A DNA stretch of 53,799 nt from a virus (taxonomy: Duplodnaviria; Caudoviricetes). The stretch is taken from positions 1 through 53,799 of the IMG/VR virus record IMGVR_UViG_3300033067_001170. The stretch is one strand, 5' to 3'. Every line of letters begins with the position of its first letter. Position 1 is the stretch's first letter. This document shows, in pieces, positions 18,149 through 28,292 of this stretch. The notes under the pieces were generated by a model. The model was given only the letters and a program-made list of their open reading frames with translations. It was not told the origin of the DNA and searched no databases. A program made the translations under genes and the position numbers.

Positions 18149-20758
18149 TTAGAAAAAATTAGATAACATATTTTTGTTCAAATATAATGTTCCCCAACCC
18201 AATATAGTCCAAAAATCTTGTAACTTATTAAATAGAACACTCTCAAATATGGAGTTTTTATCTATATACTTAGACACAAAATGTTCCAACTCTTTAGGTA
18301 TAACATCATTTTTAAATCCTATAGTATCAAAATTAAATTCATTTTTCTTAAGATGAACAAATTTTAATTTATCACCAGATGTCATTTCCCGATAAGTATC
18401 CTTCAAATTATATTTAGTTAAAAATGCATTATAATTTATAGCAGATTTCACATTTATAGGTGCTCCTTTTTTGTATAATGATTTTTCATCATAATACTTT
18501 TCTATATCTTTAACACCTTTAGGTATAGCAACATCTATAATAGAAAACTCTTCCAACTTACCCTTAAATTCCTTTATAACATTCTTTATTTCTTCTTCTT
18601 CTTTGAATTCTAAAATATCTACAAGCACAGTTTTCAGTACTGTCTTAAATGCATTAGGAAAATCACTCTTAATAGTATCCAATCCCTTAACTTTCATTTT
18701 AGGAGATAAGTTATCTATATGTACTCCCATATCATTTTCAACAAATGTATTAGAATTAATCCACAATTTAAGATCAGTTAAAGTTTCTATGTTTTTTTGT
18801 GGCAATTTAAATCCTGATGCTACGGTTTTCCCATCTTTTAATTTAACAAATCCTTCATCATCTAAAATATATAGTGCGTATTTTTTCTTCTTGGACCATA
18901 ATGCAGAATAACATATTGCTTCCTGATTAAACACTAAATAATTTTCTTTAGAATTTAATAATTCTTCCGAAAATCTTTCCAACTCAAAATTTAATGCCTT
19001 AGTCATAACATTAGCAACAACTCTAGTCAAATATAACATATTATTATTTGATATTCCTTCAGGAGCTAAAGACATGGCAGAAACATAAATTGAATCTGTA
19101 TCTCCATAAATTATATAATCATCTTGTTTTTTAGCACCTAATATAGAATAAAACTTATTAACATTACGTTCAGAAAATTTTAATATTTCTTGTCCTGTAG
19201 ATGTAACTGAAAGTGCATTATCTCTATCATAAAATCTAAAAGAAGAAAGTCCTAATACCCCATAGACAGAGTTCAACAATATTTTAGTAACATACTGTTT
19301 AATATCATATTGTTTTTCATCTTCTTTATTTCCTTCATCCTTAGCTTTCTTTTTCAACTTTTTATATGCAACTCTCTCATTAAACCATCTCTCAATTATC
19401 GCAGGGATAAATCCTTGCTTATCTGATCTATACAACACATCCGATGATGATCTTCGTATATTATGTTTAATAAGAAATTCATTGAACTTATCACTAGTTG
19501 TTTCTTTAATACTTCCACTAATTAATTCTAAAGTAACATCTCCATTTATAGGGTTAGTTCTAATAATTTTACCGAACTTAGTTTCAGGAGAAATATTAAG
19601 AGTTCTTATAATAGACGGATATAGTGATGTTAGATCGCAAGAATATAACCATTTATATCTTCCTGGTATTGGTTCTTTAACATATGCACCTGGAAATCTG
19701 CTCTTCTCGTTCTCAGGTTTATTTAATGCAACCAAATTATGTTCCTTAAAGAATACTAAAAATGCACCTTCAATAATTTTACTTTGCTGAAATACATTAT
19801 CATAAGATATACAACCCTTATGACACATACCTATGGCAATTTCTATATAATGTAATTTTTCTTCCAACTCAACAATAAGTTCAATGTCCGTTAAGTTGTA
19901 TTCTATAAATTTATTTATATCCTTTTCGTACAGATCATCCAAACTACCATCATATTTAACTTTGCCCTTACCCAACTCTTCATTGGATATAAATTCCAAG
20001 TTATACATAGGTTTATCATTTATACTATATTTCTTATATAAAATAATATAATCTAAATGAGATATCCCTGCTATCTTAAATCCATTATATATTTCATTTT
20101 TTAATGAAAAGTTTATAACTTGTTCTTTTACTATTCCTATTGGAGATAATTTATTTGCAAACTCTTCCGAGAATACTCGTCTAAGTCTTCTATACAAATA
20201 AGGTAAATCAAATTGAAATGAATACCACCCAGAAATAACAGTAGGTTTTGCAACCAATGTAAAATATGCCATAAACTTTGCAAGTAAATCTTTTTCAGTA
20301 GCACACACCACATACTTAACTTGTTCACTTTTTTCAAGTGTAAATTTATTATGTTCATCTAACACAAACACTACACGTTTCTTATCATTCAACATCACAG
20401 TTGCTATAGCAGTTATCTTTTTATTTGCAGTATCCTGATTAGCAAACCCACCAACAGATGAAACTTCAATATCCAATATCATTATTCTATTTTTGGCAAC
20501 TCTATCTTCAGCATGATATTTGTCAACTAAAACCCTAGTCTCAGGACTAATATCTACTTCATACGCATCTTTATCTGACTTCAAATTTTCAGATAATTCT
20601 ACTTTCTTTACAGGAGTTCCAAATATAGTTTTAAATTCTGTTTGTTCTGATGTTTTATACCAACAATACGGTTTGTATTTATTTGTTATAATTCCTTCTT
20701 CATCATCAAAGATATGAATGTCATTCCTACTATAATCATAATATGCATTATAATACAT
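18149..20758 (-). CDS. DNA polymerase family B (T4 gp43-like)
   Basis: DIEV exonuclease motif, DLTSLYPSII, KILLNSVYG, YGDTDS, KKKY. Confidence 0.95.
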   Translation of the reverse strand: MYYNAYYDYSRNDIHIFDDEEGIITNKYKPYCWYKTSEQTEFKTIFGTPVKKVELSENLKSDKDAYEVDISPETRVLVDKYHAEDRVAKNRIMILDIEVSSVGGFANQDTANKKITAIATVMLNDKKRVVFVLDEHNKFTLEKSEQVKYVVCATEKDLLAKFMAYFTLVAKPTVISGWYSFQFDLPYLYRRLRRVFSEEFANKLSPIGIVKEQVINFSLKNEIYNGFKIAGISHLDYIILYKKYSINDKPMYNLEFISNEELGKGKVKYDGSLDDLYEKDINKFIEYNLTDIELIVELEEKLHYIEIAIGMCHKGCISYDNVFQQSKIIEGAFLVFFKEHNLVALNKPENEKSRFPGAYVKEPIPGRYKWLYSCDLTSLYPSIIRTLNISPETKFGKIIRTNPINGDVTLELISGSIKETTSDKFNEFLIKHNIRRSSSDVLYRSDKQGFIPAIIERWFNERVAYKKLKKKAKDEGNKEDEKQYDIKQYVTKILLNSVYGVLGLSSFRFYDRDNALSVTSTGQEILKFSERNVNKFYSILGAKKQDDYIIYGDTDSIYVSAMSLAPEGISNNNMLYLTRVVANVMTKALNFELERFSEELLNSKENYLVFNQEAICYSALWSKKKKYALYILDDEGFVKLKDGKTVASGFKLPQKNIETLTDLKLWINSNTFVENDMGVHIDNLSPKMKVKGLDTIKSDFPNAFKTVLKTVLVDILEFKEEEEIKNVIKEFKGKLEEFSIIDVAIPKGVKDIEKYYDEKSLYKKGAPINVKSAINYNAFLTKYNLKDTYREMTSGDKLKFVHLKKNEFNFDTIGFKNDVIPKELEHFVSKYIDKNSIFESVLFNKLQDFWTILGWGTLYLNKNMLSNFF

Positions 20759-21299
20759 TTTTACTTTCTTTATAATTTTTATATAAATCTACATATCTAT
20801 CCTTTAAGATAAATAAATAATGATCTACTATTTTCTCTTCACCAGTTTTAGTGCTATAACTTTTCCAAGTACAAGAATGCGTATCAAACAATTCTACTAA
20901 TCTTGATACCACTGTAGTTCCTTTGGTCTTATATTTATACGTCAACCAAGATTCCCAATAAGAATCATAATAATCTACTTCCACATCAGGAACTACAGCA
21001 ATAAATAACTGTTTACCAAATATAATAAAAGAAAATCCTGGATTCCACTCAAACCTATAATCATCATATTTAGTTTTCCAACCTAAAGTATTATAAGTAA
21101 ATCCAAAATATTTTATATATTTAGGTTCAAGATATCCTTCTTTAGTTTTAGATTTTACCCATTTTCTAGGAAAAAAATATGGATGTCCATAAGCAATATC
21201 ACCAAAATACCATTTTAGTTTTAATCCTTTAAACGGAGAATCTAAAACTTCTAGAAATCCCAATTTATATTTGACACTTGATATAAAATTTTTAAACAT
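20748..21299 (-). CDS. Hypothetical protein (aromatic-rich)
   Basis: Coupled ORF. Confidence 0.7.
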   Translation of the reverse strand: MFKNFISSVKYKLGFLEVLDSPFKGLKLKWYFGDIAYGHPYFFPRKWVKSKTKEGYLEPKYIKYFGFTYNTLGWKTKYDDYRFEWNPGFSFIIFGKQLFIAVVPDVEVDYYDSYWESWLTYKYKTKGTTVVSRLVELFDTHSCTWKSYSTKTGEEKIVDHYLFILKDRYVDLYKNYKESKNVL

Positions 21300-21556
21300 T
21301 AGTTCTTTCGTTTCAATTTACAAGTAACTCTTTTAGCTAACTCCCACTTACATCTAAAATCACTTAAAAACATATTTGCGGATTCCCATTTAGCAACACT
21401 AATATCACGTGTAAATGTCCAAAGTATTCTCCCATTAGATAAACTATCTATCTTATAAACAACTGAACCTGATGCTTCACATGGTTTAACAACTCTACCT
21501 AAACGCATCTGCATACATGCCCAATCCCAAGAACCTACAAAGTTAGAATCTATCAT
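21299..21556 (-). CDS. Hypothetical protein with C-terminal CKLK motif
   Basis: GSWDWACMQM; ends RVTCKLKRKN. Confidence 0.7.
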   Translation of the reverse strand: MIDSNFVGSWDWACMQMRLGRVVKPCEASGSVVYKIDSLSNGRILWTFTRDISVAKWESANMFLSDFRCKWELAKRVTCKLKRKN

Positions 21557-21559
21557 AAA

Positions 21560-21805
21560 CTATTCGGTAATACTTTTTTCTCCGAGCATTTTATCACCAA
21601 AATTATCTTTCAACTCGTTCCATATTCTCAATGCTTGCAATTTACAAATTTCTATATCGTCACTATAAACTTTAACTGTAGGTTTAACCATTCCTTTAGC
21701 ATCTACAGATATTTCAACTGAACTATTTCCTTCGGTTGATGTTATTACTTCTTGTTGGAGTAATGCATTGTGTTCATTTCTAACTTCTTTAACTATGCTT
21801 CTCAT
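21560..21805 (-). CDS. Hypothetical protein
   Basis: Coupled ORF. Confidence 0.7.
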   Translation of the reverse strand: MRSIVKEVRNEHNALLQQEVITSTEGNSSVEISVDAKGMVKPTVKVYSDDIEICKLQALRIWNELKDNFGDKMLGEKSITE

Positions 21806-22257
21806 TATTTATCTCCTTCTACTTTTTTAATTTTTGAATTTCTTTCCAACACTTCTATTCTAATTTGTTCTAAAACTTCTTTAGAATAATATCTACCATC
21901 TAATAATTTTTTATCCAAATACCCAAGTTCAATCAAATATTCAGTTTCAACTATAGCAATCAAATTCCAAACAGCGGCTATTAAATGATCTTCATCAGTA
22001 TCACCAAGTCTATATTTATTAATATGTCTTCGGGCACTATCAATATAACGTTTAACAGGCATACCCAATCTAAAATTATTATCACCATATTTAACCGCAC
22101 CTGCTTCATAATGTTTAGCAAGTCTTTCTTCAGCAATAGGTGGTATTAAATCGAATCTACCTTTACCAGTTTGTGTGTCTCTAACAGCACCAGAGTCAAA
22201 CCCCTGTCTAGCTCCACTATCTTTTACTACAAATTCTACACTATTCTTTTCATTCAT
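21805..22257 (-). CDS. dATP/dGTP diphosphohydrolase domain protein (DUF5664-like)
   Basis: SGAVRD...KGRFDLIP...GAVKYGDNN...EDHLIAAVWN. Confidence 0.85.
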   Translation of the reverse strand: MNEKNSVEFVVKDSGARQGFDSGAVRDTQTGKGRFDLIPPIAEERLAKHYEAGAVKYGDNNFRLGMPVKRYIDSARRHINKYRLGDTDEDHLIAAVWNLIAIVETEYLIELGYLDKKLLDGRYYSKEVLEQIRIEVLERNSKIKKVEGDK

Positions 22258-22265
22258 ATTTTCCT

Positions 22266-22886
22266 CTACTCTTTTAATTTTAATTTAATGTCAGTTACAA
22301 ATTCTCCGAGTGTGTGTACTCGTTTTATTCCTAATTTAAAATCTTCTAATCCCCTATTATGAAGAGCATCATACACATAAACATTACAATTAGGATTGTA
22401 TAATTTTACAGATTCACAATTTTCTTTTCTATCATCTATAAAATATTTAATATTCAACATTTTTATGAAGTGTTCTTTTTCGGTAGTTACTATTACTTGC
22501 GGATTATTCCAACCATTAATATTTAACCATAATTGAGATTGTTGTGCAACAGATTTACCTGGAACTTTTGCTCTCGCAGTAATAAAATACACATCCAAAT
22601 TAGTATAATGATTTAATGTTAAAAAATTTTCCCATTCAGATTCATCGACCAAAGGAAGAAGTTCCCAAAAACCAGTCTCATTATTACACACATGTTCCCA
22701 AGCTTTCATATATTGTTCTCTTGTTAGTTCAGGATACCACATATCCCACTCCCAATGACTAACTTTAGATTCTTTGGTAACTAATGGTAAATGATCACCA
22801 TATAATTTTCTTAACACAGTAGAAAATTTATACGAGAAGTTGGCAACAACTCCATCAAGATCAACACCAATTTTTATATAATTCAT
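22266..22886 (-). CDS. 5'(3')-deoxyribonucleotidase (HAD, NT5C-like)
   Basis: DLDGVVANF, FITAR, FIDD. Confidence 0.85.
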   Translation of the reverse strand: MNYIKIGVDLDGVVANFSYKFSTVLRKLYGDHLPLVTKESKVSHWEWDMWYPELTREQYMKAWEHVCNNETGFWELLPLVDESEWENFLTLNHYTNLDVYFITARAKVPGKSVAQQSQLWLNINGWNNPQVIVTTEKEHFIKMLNIKYFIDDRKENCESVKLYNPNCNVYVYDALHNRGLEDFKLGIKRVHTLGEFVTDIKLKLKE

Positions 22887-22990
22887 AGTTTATCCAATAT
22901 ATTAGTAAATGTAGCTAATGCCCATATAGCTATTGCAAAAGCAATTGCTTGTAATACACAACCAAGTCCTTCATACAATTCGTGTTTCAT
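22883..22990 (-). CDS. Small membrane peptide (35 aa, absent from ORF track)
   Basis: MKHELYEGLGCVLQAIAFAIAIWALATFTNILDKL*; ATGA overlaps at both ends. Confidence 0.55.
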   Translation of the reverse strand: MKHELYEGLGCVLQAIAFAIAIWALATFTNILDKL

Positions 22991-23253
22991 TTATTATTCC
23001 TATATTTAATTGCTAATATCAACCAAACAATATTACCAACAACCATAAGTATTCCTGCAATAAAACTAAGCCATTGATCTAATGAGGGATAATAATATAA
23101 ATTCCATACTCCCCAACCACAATAAAATATCCATATTTTCCAATACACTCCCTTTATTGCCTTATCAATATGCAACTTATATGCATTAGCAATAGTAAAG
23201 TACGCACCAATCATTTCAAACGAACCGTTTATAATATCATTTAATTGAAACAT
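22987..23253 (-). CDS. PQ-loop/SemiSWEET-like small membrane protein
   Basis: Three hydrophobic helices; KGV.W...WG.WNLYYYP pattern. Confidence 0.55.
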   Translation of the reverse strand: MFQLNDIINGSFEMIGAYFTIANAYKLHIDKAIKGVYWKIWIFYCGWGVWNLYYYPSLDQWLSFIAGILMVVGNIVWLILAIKYRNNK

Positions 23254-23542
23254 TTTTTATTTTCCTTTTTGTTCGGATTTGTTCATAATTTTTAATTTTA
23301 ATATTAATTTTTCTGAGTATTAACTTTTCAGTTATTTTTAATTTAGTATTAGTATCTACACAATCAAATCCTTCATCAAATATAGTTTTACCATTACTAA
23401 TGTATAAATAAACTTCTGTATAATTTTTTCGAGTTCTTTTTATTGGAACATCTAACACAAACCACTCTGTTCCTTCACCATATTTAGAAGCAACAAATTT
23501 ATTTATATAATAATCAATATCACACTCATACAATGTTGGCAT
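23237..23542 (-). CDS. Hypothetical protein
   Basis: ORF in operon. Confidence 0.6.
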   Translation of the reverse strand: MPTLYECDIDYYINKFVASKYGEGTEWFVLDVPIKRTRKNYTEVYLYISNGKTIFDEGFDCVDTNTKLKITEKLILRKINIKIKNYEQIRTKRKIKNVSIK

Positions 23543-23543
23543 T

Positions 23544-24317
23544 TTAGAATTTATAAAAAATCAGATTGTAAATTTTTTTAATGTCTTTATTGAATTCTGC
23601 TTCGTAATCTCTATCAGAAAATGTTATTATGTTTTTAAAAAACAGTTCAATTCGACCATCATATTTCTTTGATAGTAAGTTAATAAAATTTTTATTCGAA
23701 AGCAAGTACTTTTCAGAAAAATTTCTATTAGTATTGGCATCTAATATAAAAATATAAAATTGTCTTAAATTGAGTCTTAGGAATTTTCTACCAATATACC
23801 ACAATGCAATAGATTCATCTAAATACTGAATGTTGTGGTGTCCTGTAGTTAAATAAGTCATTATTTCATCCGAACCTTCTATAAAATCGGTATAGTACGG
23901 ATTCATATATAATTGATCTATACAATGATATTGGACTACATGAACTAACTCATGGTAAATATCACTAAAAGGTATTACATACCTAAAATTATCATTATAC
24001 TCTATTAAATCTTCGTGTATTTCTGGAAACTTAGTTTTACTATATCTGAATAGTTTAGACTTATAATCATATTTATTAGCATTAAATAATACATTATTAG
24101 TATCTTCATCATACCAAGCTAACGGATAATCAGATACTTCTTCACCATAATAGTCTTCTAACGTATCTTCCTTATGTGTAAATATAACACTCGGAGTATC
24201 AATAGAAACATACGGATTCAAAAATAATAAAAGTCGTTCAAAAAAATTCTTTAATGTAGTATCTGTAAAATCTGATGTTTTATCTAGGTATAAAAAATTA
24301 CCATAGATTTTTCTCAC
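23544..24317 (-). CDS. HExxH-motif (zincin-like) hypothetical protein
   Basis: YHELVHVVQ followed by a downstream E (FIEG). Confidence 0.55.
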   Translation of the reverse strand: MRKIYGNFLYLDKTSDFTDTTLKNFFERLLLFLNPYVSIDTPSVIFTHKEDTLEDYYGEEVSDYPLAWYDEDTNNVLFNANKYDYKSKLFRYSKTKFPEIHEDLIEYNDNFRYVIPFSDIYHELVHVVQYHCIDQLYMNPYYTDFIEGSDEIMTYLTTGHHNIQYLDESIALWYIGRKFLRLNLRQFYIFILDANTNRNFSEKYLLSNKNFINLLSKKYDGRIELFFKNIITFSDRDYEAEFNKDIKKIYNLIFYKF

Positions 24318-24739
24318 CTGTTGTCTCCACTACCACCCAATACTCCACGATCTTTTCTACTAAAAAGTTTATCTAAATTTTGTTGAGCTACTCCACCCAT
24401 ATCTAATTCTAATAACTTTGCAAACTCAGATTGATACCACATAGTATCTCCCAATTCTTTAGATATTTCATCAACTTTACTTGGAGTAATGTCTCCAACA
24501 TCATCCCTGATGATCTTTTTCATCTTACCTAATAGTTCTCCAACTTCTCCTGAAAGACCAAATAAAGTATATGCTATATGTAGCATATTAAATACTGAAT
24601 TTATGTCTTCTTTAAGAATTGGATTTTCTGATAATACTTTATGATGTGTTTCATTGAATCTTTTTTGCCATCCGTCATAGATAGCTAGTGTGTGTGCTTT
24701 TTCTTGATATTCTGAAAATGTTAATTCTTTATTATCCAT
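24314..24739 (-). CDS. MazG-like NTP pyrophosphohydrolase; likely start 24739
   Basis: GLSGEVGE...KELGDTMWY...NLDKLFSR...GSGDNR; start follows AAAGG. Confidence 0.88.
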   Translation of the reverse strand: MDNKELTFSEYQEKAHTLAIYDGWQKRFNETHHKVLSENPILKEDINSVFNMLHIAYTLFGLSGEVGELLGKMKKIIRDDVGDITPSKVDEISKELGDTMWYQSEFAKLLELDMGGVAQQNLDKLFSRKDRGVLGGSGDNR

Positions 24740-24910
24740 AAGTACCTTTCTATTTATAGTGATTGGTTTCCACGAAAAAAATTTTTGCCCCCTATTATGC
24801 AAATAATTAACTAACTAATTAACTAATTAATTAATCTAGTTAATATTAGGCATTAGATAGTTAATTATTGGTTTAAATATTATAAGATAAAATTGAATAC
24901 TGGCGTATTC

Positions 24911-24939
24911 AATATAACTAAAAACTTCGTTTTTGTCAA
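24911..24939 (-). promoter_or_regulatory. Sigma70-type promoter
   Basis: TTGACA-17-TATATT. Confidence 0.75.
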
Positions 24940-25088
24940 GAGGGTTTTGCAAATATTTTTTATTTTTTTTCATATTTGTGATATAAAACACATAAAATTA
25001 GTTAATTTCAGTAATTTTTACTGCTATAACACCCTTTCAGGTATAATGTTGTTAAAATTCTATAAGTTATACCCAAAGAGGTATAAAA

Positions 25089-25189
25089 TTACCGTTATAA
25101 CAGTAATTTATTGTTAATTTAATTAAAATTTAAGATATATACTCAAAATAAACAAATTTTACCGTTATAACAGTAATTTATTGTTAATT
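25089..25189. repeat. 31-bp direct repeat x2 with internal imperfect palindrome
   Basis: TTACCGTTATAACAGTAATTTATTGTTAATT at 25089-25119 and 25159-25189. Confidence 0.9.
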
Positions 25190-28008
25190 CTACTAACAAT
25201 ATCCTTAAATACACTATTATTAGATATAGTATCAGAATCTTTATTATCAACTATCTTATCAATATTATTTTTCTTAGTTTGTATCAATTCAAAAATATCT
25301 TCTTCAATGGTATCCTGAGTAATAAAATATAAAACATTAACAGAAGCATGTTGTCCAATTCTATGTGCTCTATCTTCTGCTTGTGAATGATCAGATGGAG
25401 TCCATAATAAATCTGTAAATATTACAGTATCAGCTTTTGTTAATGTAATTCCTACACCACCAGCAAGAGTTTGTCCTACAAATATTCTAACATCAGGATT
25501 ATTCTGAAAATCATCAACTGCTTTTTGTCTTTGTTCTATAGATACAGAACCAGTTAATTTAACGGCAGTTTTTTTAAATTTAGAAACTATCTTAGATATA
25601 ACGTCAACATATTGTGAAAATATAATTATTTTTCTATTTTCATCTTCTTCCAATAAATCCTGCACCATTTCAAATATCATAGGTAATTTACTGTTAGCAC
25701 AAACTTGTTTTAATAAATTAAGTTTAACCAAATGTTCAGCATATTCTACATTTCTAGTTATAATATTTGCAGTAATGATATCATATTTTTTCTTATTTTC
25801 AGATAAAACATAATCAATATAATTATCAAAAGCATCATCATACACTTTTTTATCATCTGCAGATAATTCAGTATATATTTTAGTAATAATTTTAGGTGGT
25901 AAATCTAAACAGTCATCTTTTAATCTTCTAATCATATAAGGTTTTAGTTCTTTATGTAACTCTTCCTGATTAGAAGAACCGTTAAAATCCCAACCATAAG
26001 TAGTTTGAGTTCCTGCACAATATTTAAGTCCGAAATTAAAAAACCCATTATAAGTTATAGGGTGTTTAATGGCAACTAACAAATTAAATAAATCTTTAGT
26101 TTTAGATTTAACTGGAGTTCCCGATATGGGAACTACAAATCTTACATTACTTGTTAGGTATATTACTACTTTAGTTCGTTTAGAATCATTTTTAATATAT
26201 TGTGCTTCATCTATCAACATACAATCAAATTTTATTTTTGATAAAAATGAATCTTCTTTTATTTCCAAAGTTGTTTTATTTTTTAATGCTTCGTGTTCTT
26301 TAAATTCAAAATGTTTAATTAACATATCATAATTTATAATATAATATTTTGTAAACATATTATGTGTATCTTTTGGTAATACACTTACTTTTGCAGATGG
26401 ATTTACAGTTTTAATCTCTCGTTGCCAATTTATCTTTAATGATGCAGGACAAATTATAAGTATCTTTTCAAAGTTTTGAATCTCTGAATATACTATCGCA
26501 GTTTTAGTATTATGTGTTAAATTAAATCCATCTGTAATAAACAATTCGTCTTTTGAATTTGTAGATATACATATAGCATTATCTTTTTTATAATATTCTA
26601 TATTTTTTATTGCTTTGTATGGTATATATTTAACTTTACGTTTACGTGTAATTAGTTTTCTTTTTAATGTGAACGGTAGTATATCGTCAGGCAATTTTAT
26701 AGTTAGTATATAAAATAATAATCCGTTTTTTATTATACCTTTATATGTATATTTCGGAATTTTTGTTGAAATTGTGACAGTTCCACCCAAAGAATTAATT
26801 AAAAATATAATATCATCTTTTAACTTTTCTGATGTTGTTCCATACTGTAGATTGTGATCTCGTTTTAATGACCACCCATCAGTATCCATAAGTCCTTGTA
26901 ATAATTTAATTCTATCTTGGATATTTGATAGTTTGTATTCTATAGGTATAAATTTAGAATCTGATAATTTATTATATAATCCTAATTTTTTTATTTCTCT
27001 GTTAAATATATTTATATTATTTTTATTTTTATTTTTATTTATGAGCAAATAATCGTATTTAGATGTTTTAATTTTAGACAACGTTATTTCGTTTGGGCAA
27101 AGTTTTTTTATATGTTCAATTATATCAATGTCTGCGGATGAAAATTCTATATACTTTTTGTGGAAATGCCCATCACCCAACAAACATCCCATAATATATG
27201 GGTCTATAACAAATTTATAATTGTTGTTAAAATTTTGTATAGGTTTTATTATAGGAATATACCATTTATTATTTCCATTTTTATATTGTAATGGGGATTC
27301 TCTTAATTCATTAGTGGTTTTAGTTCTATATGGGGAATTTCTGTATCTATGATTAGTTGATTGCACATTCCATAAATGTTCATCACAACAAATAACATTA
27401 GAATTATCTGAAAACGTTATTTTATATAATTCTTTAATTCCTTGCGGAAACACTCCTACAACTTTAGACACTAAACCATCAGAATTTATAATATCATCAT
27501 TTATTTGCAAATCTTTTATATGTACCCACCCATTAGGAGTTAATACTTTAGAATATTCCCATAATGCTTTTCCTGTACCCATATCATTTGCAAGAATAAT
27601 AGAATCAGACTTAGACATAGTTTTAACATCTTCAATTTGATGTTCATATAATCCGTGATATTCTTTTATTCTATCAAAATATTTTTTTAATCGTTCTTGA
27701 CTTTCTTGTTCTTTTTTCTTAAGTTCATCATAGTATGATTTATTTTTAGCTTTAAGAAAGTTTATAAATTTTATTGTTTGATCTTCTGGAAAGAAAGTTA
27801 ATATTTCAGTATATGAATCTAAATCATCTTTTAATGGTCTAAATTCTCCTAATCGGTAGGAAATTTCCCATTCTTTACTTTCAGGTATCCATTTAAATCC
27901 GTGAGATTCTTTCTTAGATTTAAATAATGCTACCAGTTTAGCATCGTATGGTGAAGCAAAATAAACGGATATGTTTACTTTCTTCATTTTATATCTTATA
28001 CTGCTCAT
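25165..28008 (-). CDS. SNF2/SMARCAL1-like helicase containing an intein
   Basis: DMGTGK^T Walker A, DEAQ, SGTP, QAEDRAHRIGQ. Confidence 0.92.
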   Translation of the reverse strand: MSSIRYKMKKVNISVYFASPYDAKLVALFKSKKESHGFKWIPESKEWEISYRLGEFRPLKDDLDSYTEILTFFPEDQTIKFINFLKAKNKSYYDELKKKEQESQERLKKYFDRIKEYHGLYEHQIEDVKTMSKSDSIILANDMGTGKALWEYSKVLTPNGWVHIKDLQINDDIINSDGLVSKVVGVFPQGIKELYKITFSDNSNVICCDEHLWNVQSTNHRYRNSPYRTKTTNELRESPLQYKNGNNKWYIPIIKPIQNFNNNYKFVIDPYIMGCLLGDGHFHKKYIEFSSADIDIIEHIKKLCPNEITLSKIKTSKYDYLLINKNKNKNNINIFNREIKKLGLYNKLSDSKFIPIEYKLSNIQDRIKLLQGLMDTDGWSLKRDHNLQYGTTSEKLKDDIIFLINSLGGTVTISTKIPKYTYKGIIKNGLLFYILTIKLPDDILPFTLKRKLITRKRKVKYIPYKAIKNIEYYKKDNAICISTNSKDELFITDGFNLTHNTKTAIVYSEIQNFEKILIICPASLKINWQREIKTVNPSAKVSVLPKDTHNMFTKYYIINYDMLIKHFEFKEHEALKNKTTLEIKEDSFLSKIKFDCMLIDEAQYIKNDSKRTKVVIYLTSNVRFVVPISGTPVKSKTKDLFNLLVAIKHPITYNGFFNFGLKYCAGTQTTYGWDFNGSSNQEELHKELKPYMIRRLKDDCLDLPPKIITKIYTELSADDKKVYDDAFDNYIDYVLSENKKKYDIITANIITRNVEYAEHLVKLNLLKQVCANSKLPMIFEMVQDLLEEDENRKIIIFSQYVDVISKIVSKFKKTAVKLTGSVSIEQRQKAVDDFQNNPDVRIFVGQTLAGGVGITLTKADTVIFTDLLWTPSDHSQAEDRAHRIGQHASVNVLYFITQDTIEEDIFELIQTKKNNIDKIVDNKDSDTISNNSVFKDIVSRINNKLLL
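26509..27567 (-). mobile_element. Class 3 intein with LAGLIDADG homing endonuclease (353 aa)
   Basis: Starts at Ala (GK/ALWEYS) and ends THN/T; HLW in block B, Cys in block F; CLLGDG and GLMDTDG motifs. Confidence 0.88.
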
Positions 28009-28028
28009 ATATTATTAACTTTTATTTA

Positions 28029-28057
28029 AATATACCTAAATAAAATATATTTGTCAA
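28029..28057 (-). promoter_or_regulatory. Sigma70-type promoter (leftward, divergent pair)
   Basis: TTGACA-17-TATATT on minus strand. Confidence 0.8.
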
Positions 28058-28061
28058 CAAC

Positions 28062-28090
28062 TTGACATTATTATAGAAAAATATTATATT
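28062..28090 (+). promoter_or_regulatory. Sigma70-type promoter (rightward, divergent pair)
   Basis: TTGACA-17-TATATT. Confidence 0.8.
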
Positions 28091-28111
28091 TATATAAGTA
28101 ATTAAAATTAT

Positions 28112-28183
28112 GTCGGGTTCATCTAACGGCTAGGATAGGTGGCTTTCGCCCACCCAATAGGAGTTCGAGTCTCCTACTCGACA
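28112..28183 (+). tRNA. tRNA-Glu(TTC)
   Basis: GTCGGGT/ACTCGAC acceptor; GGTGG-CTTTCGC-CCACC. Confidence 0.9.
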
Positions 28184-28191
28184 CTAAATAT

Positions 28192-28265
28192 CGGGATGTA
28201 GCTCAGCGGTTTAGAGTGCTCCGTTTGGGGCGGAGAAGTCGTGAGTTCGAATCTCACCATCCCGA
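28192..28265 (+). tRNA. tRNA-Pro(TGG)
   Basis: CGGGATG/CATCCCG acceptor; CTCCG-TTTGGGG-CGGAG. Confidence 0.93.
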
Positions 28266-28292
28266 CACTTTTACTAATAGGTTAAATTAATT

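Noticed and set aside
18149-20758. Insertion in PolB between YILDDEG and KMKVKG as a mini-intein
   Set aside because: Only about 55 aa with no Cys/Ser start or HN end; more likely a surface insertion.
24893-25117. 74-aa plus-strand ORF
   Set aside because: TTG start, opposite to the local gene direction, overlaps a promoter and repeats, and has low-complexity composition.
25089-25189. 31-bp repeats with a 39-nt spacer as a CRISPR unit
   Set aside because: Only two copies, one overlapping a CDS end; the spacer is extremely AT-rich and there are no cas genes. It cannot be fully excluded but is unsupported.
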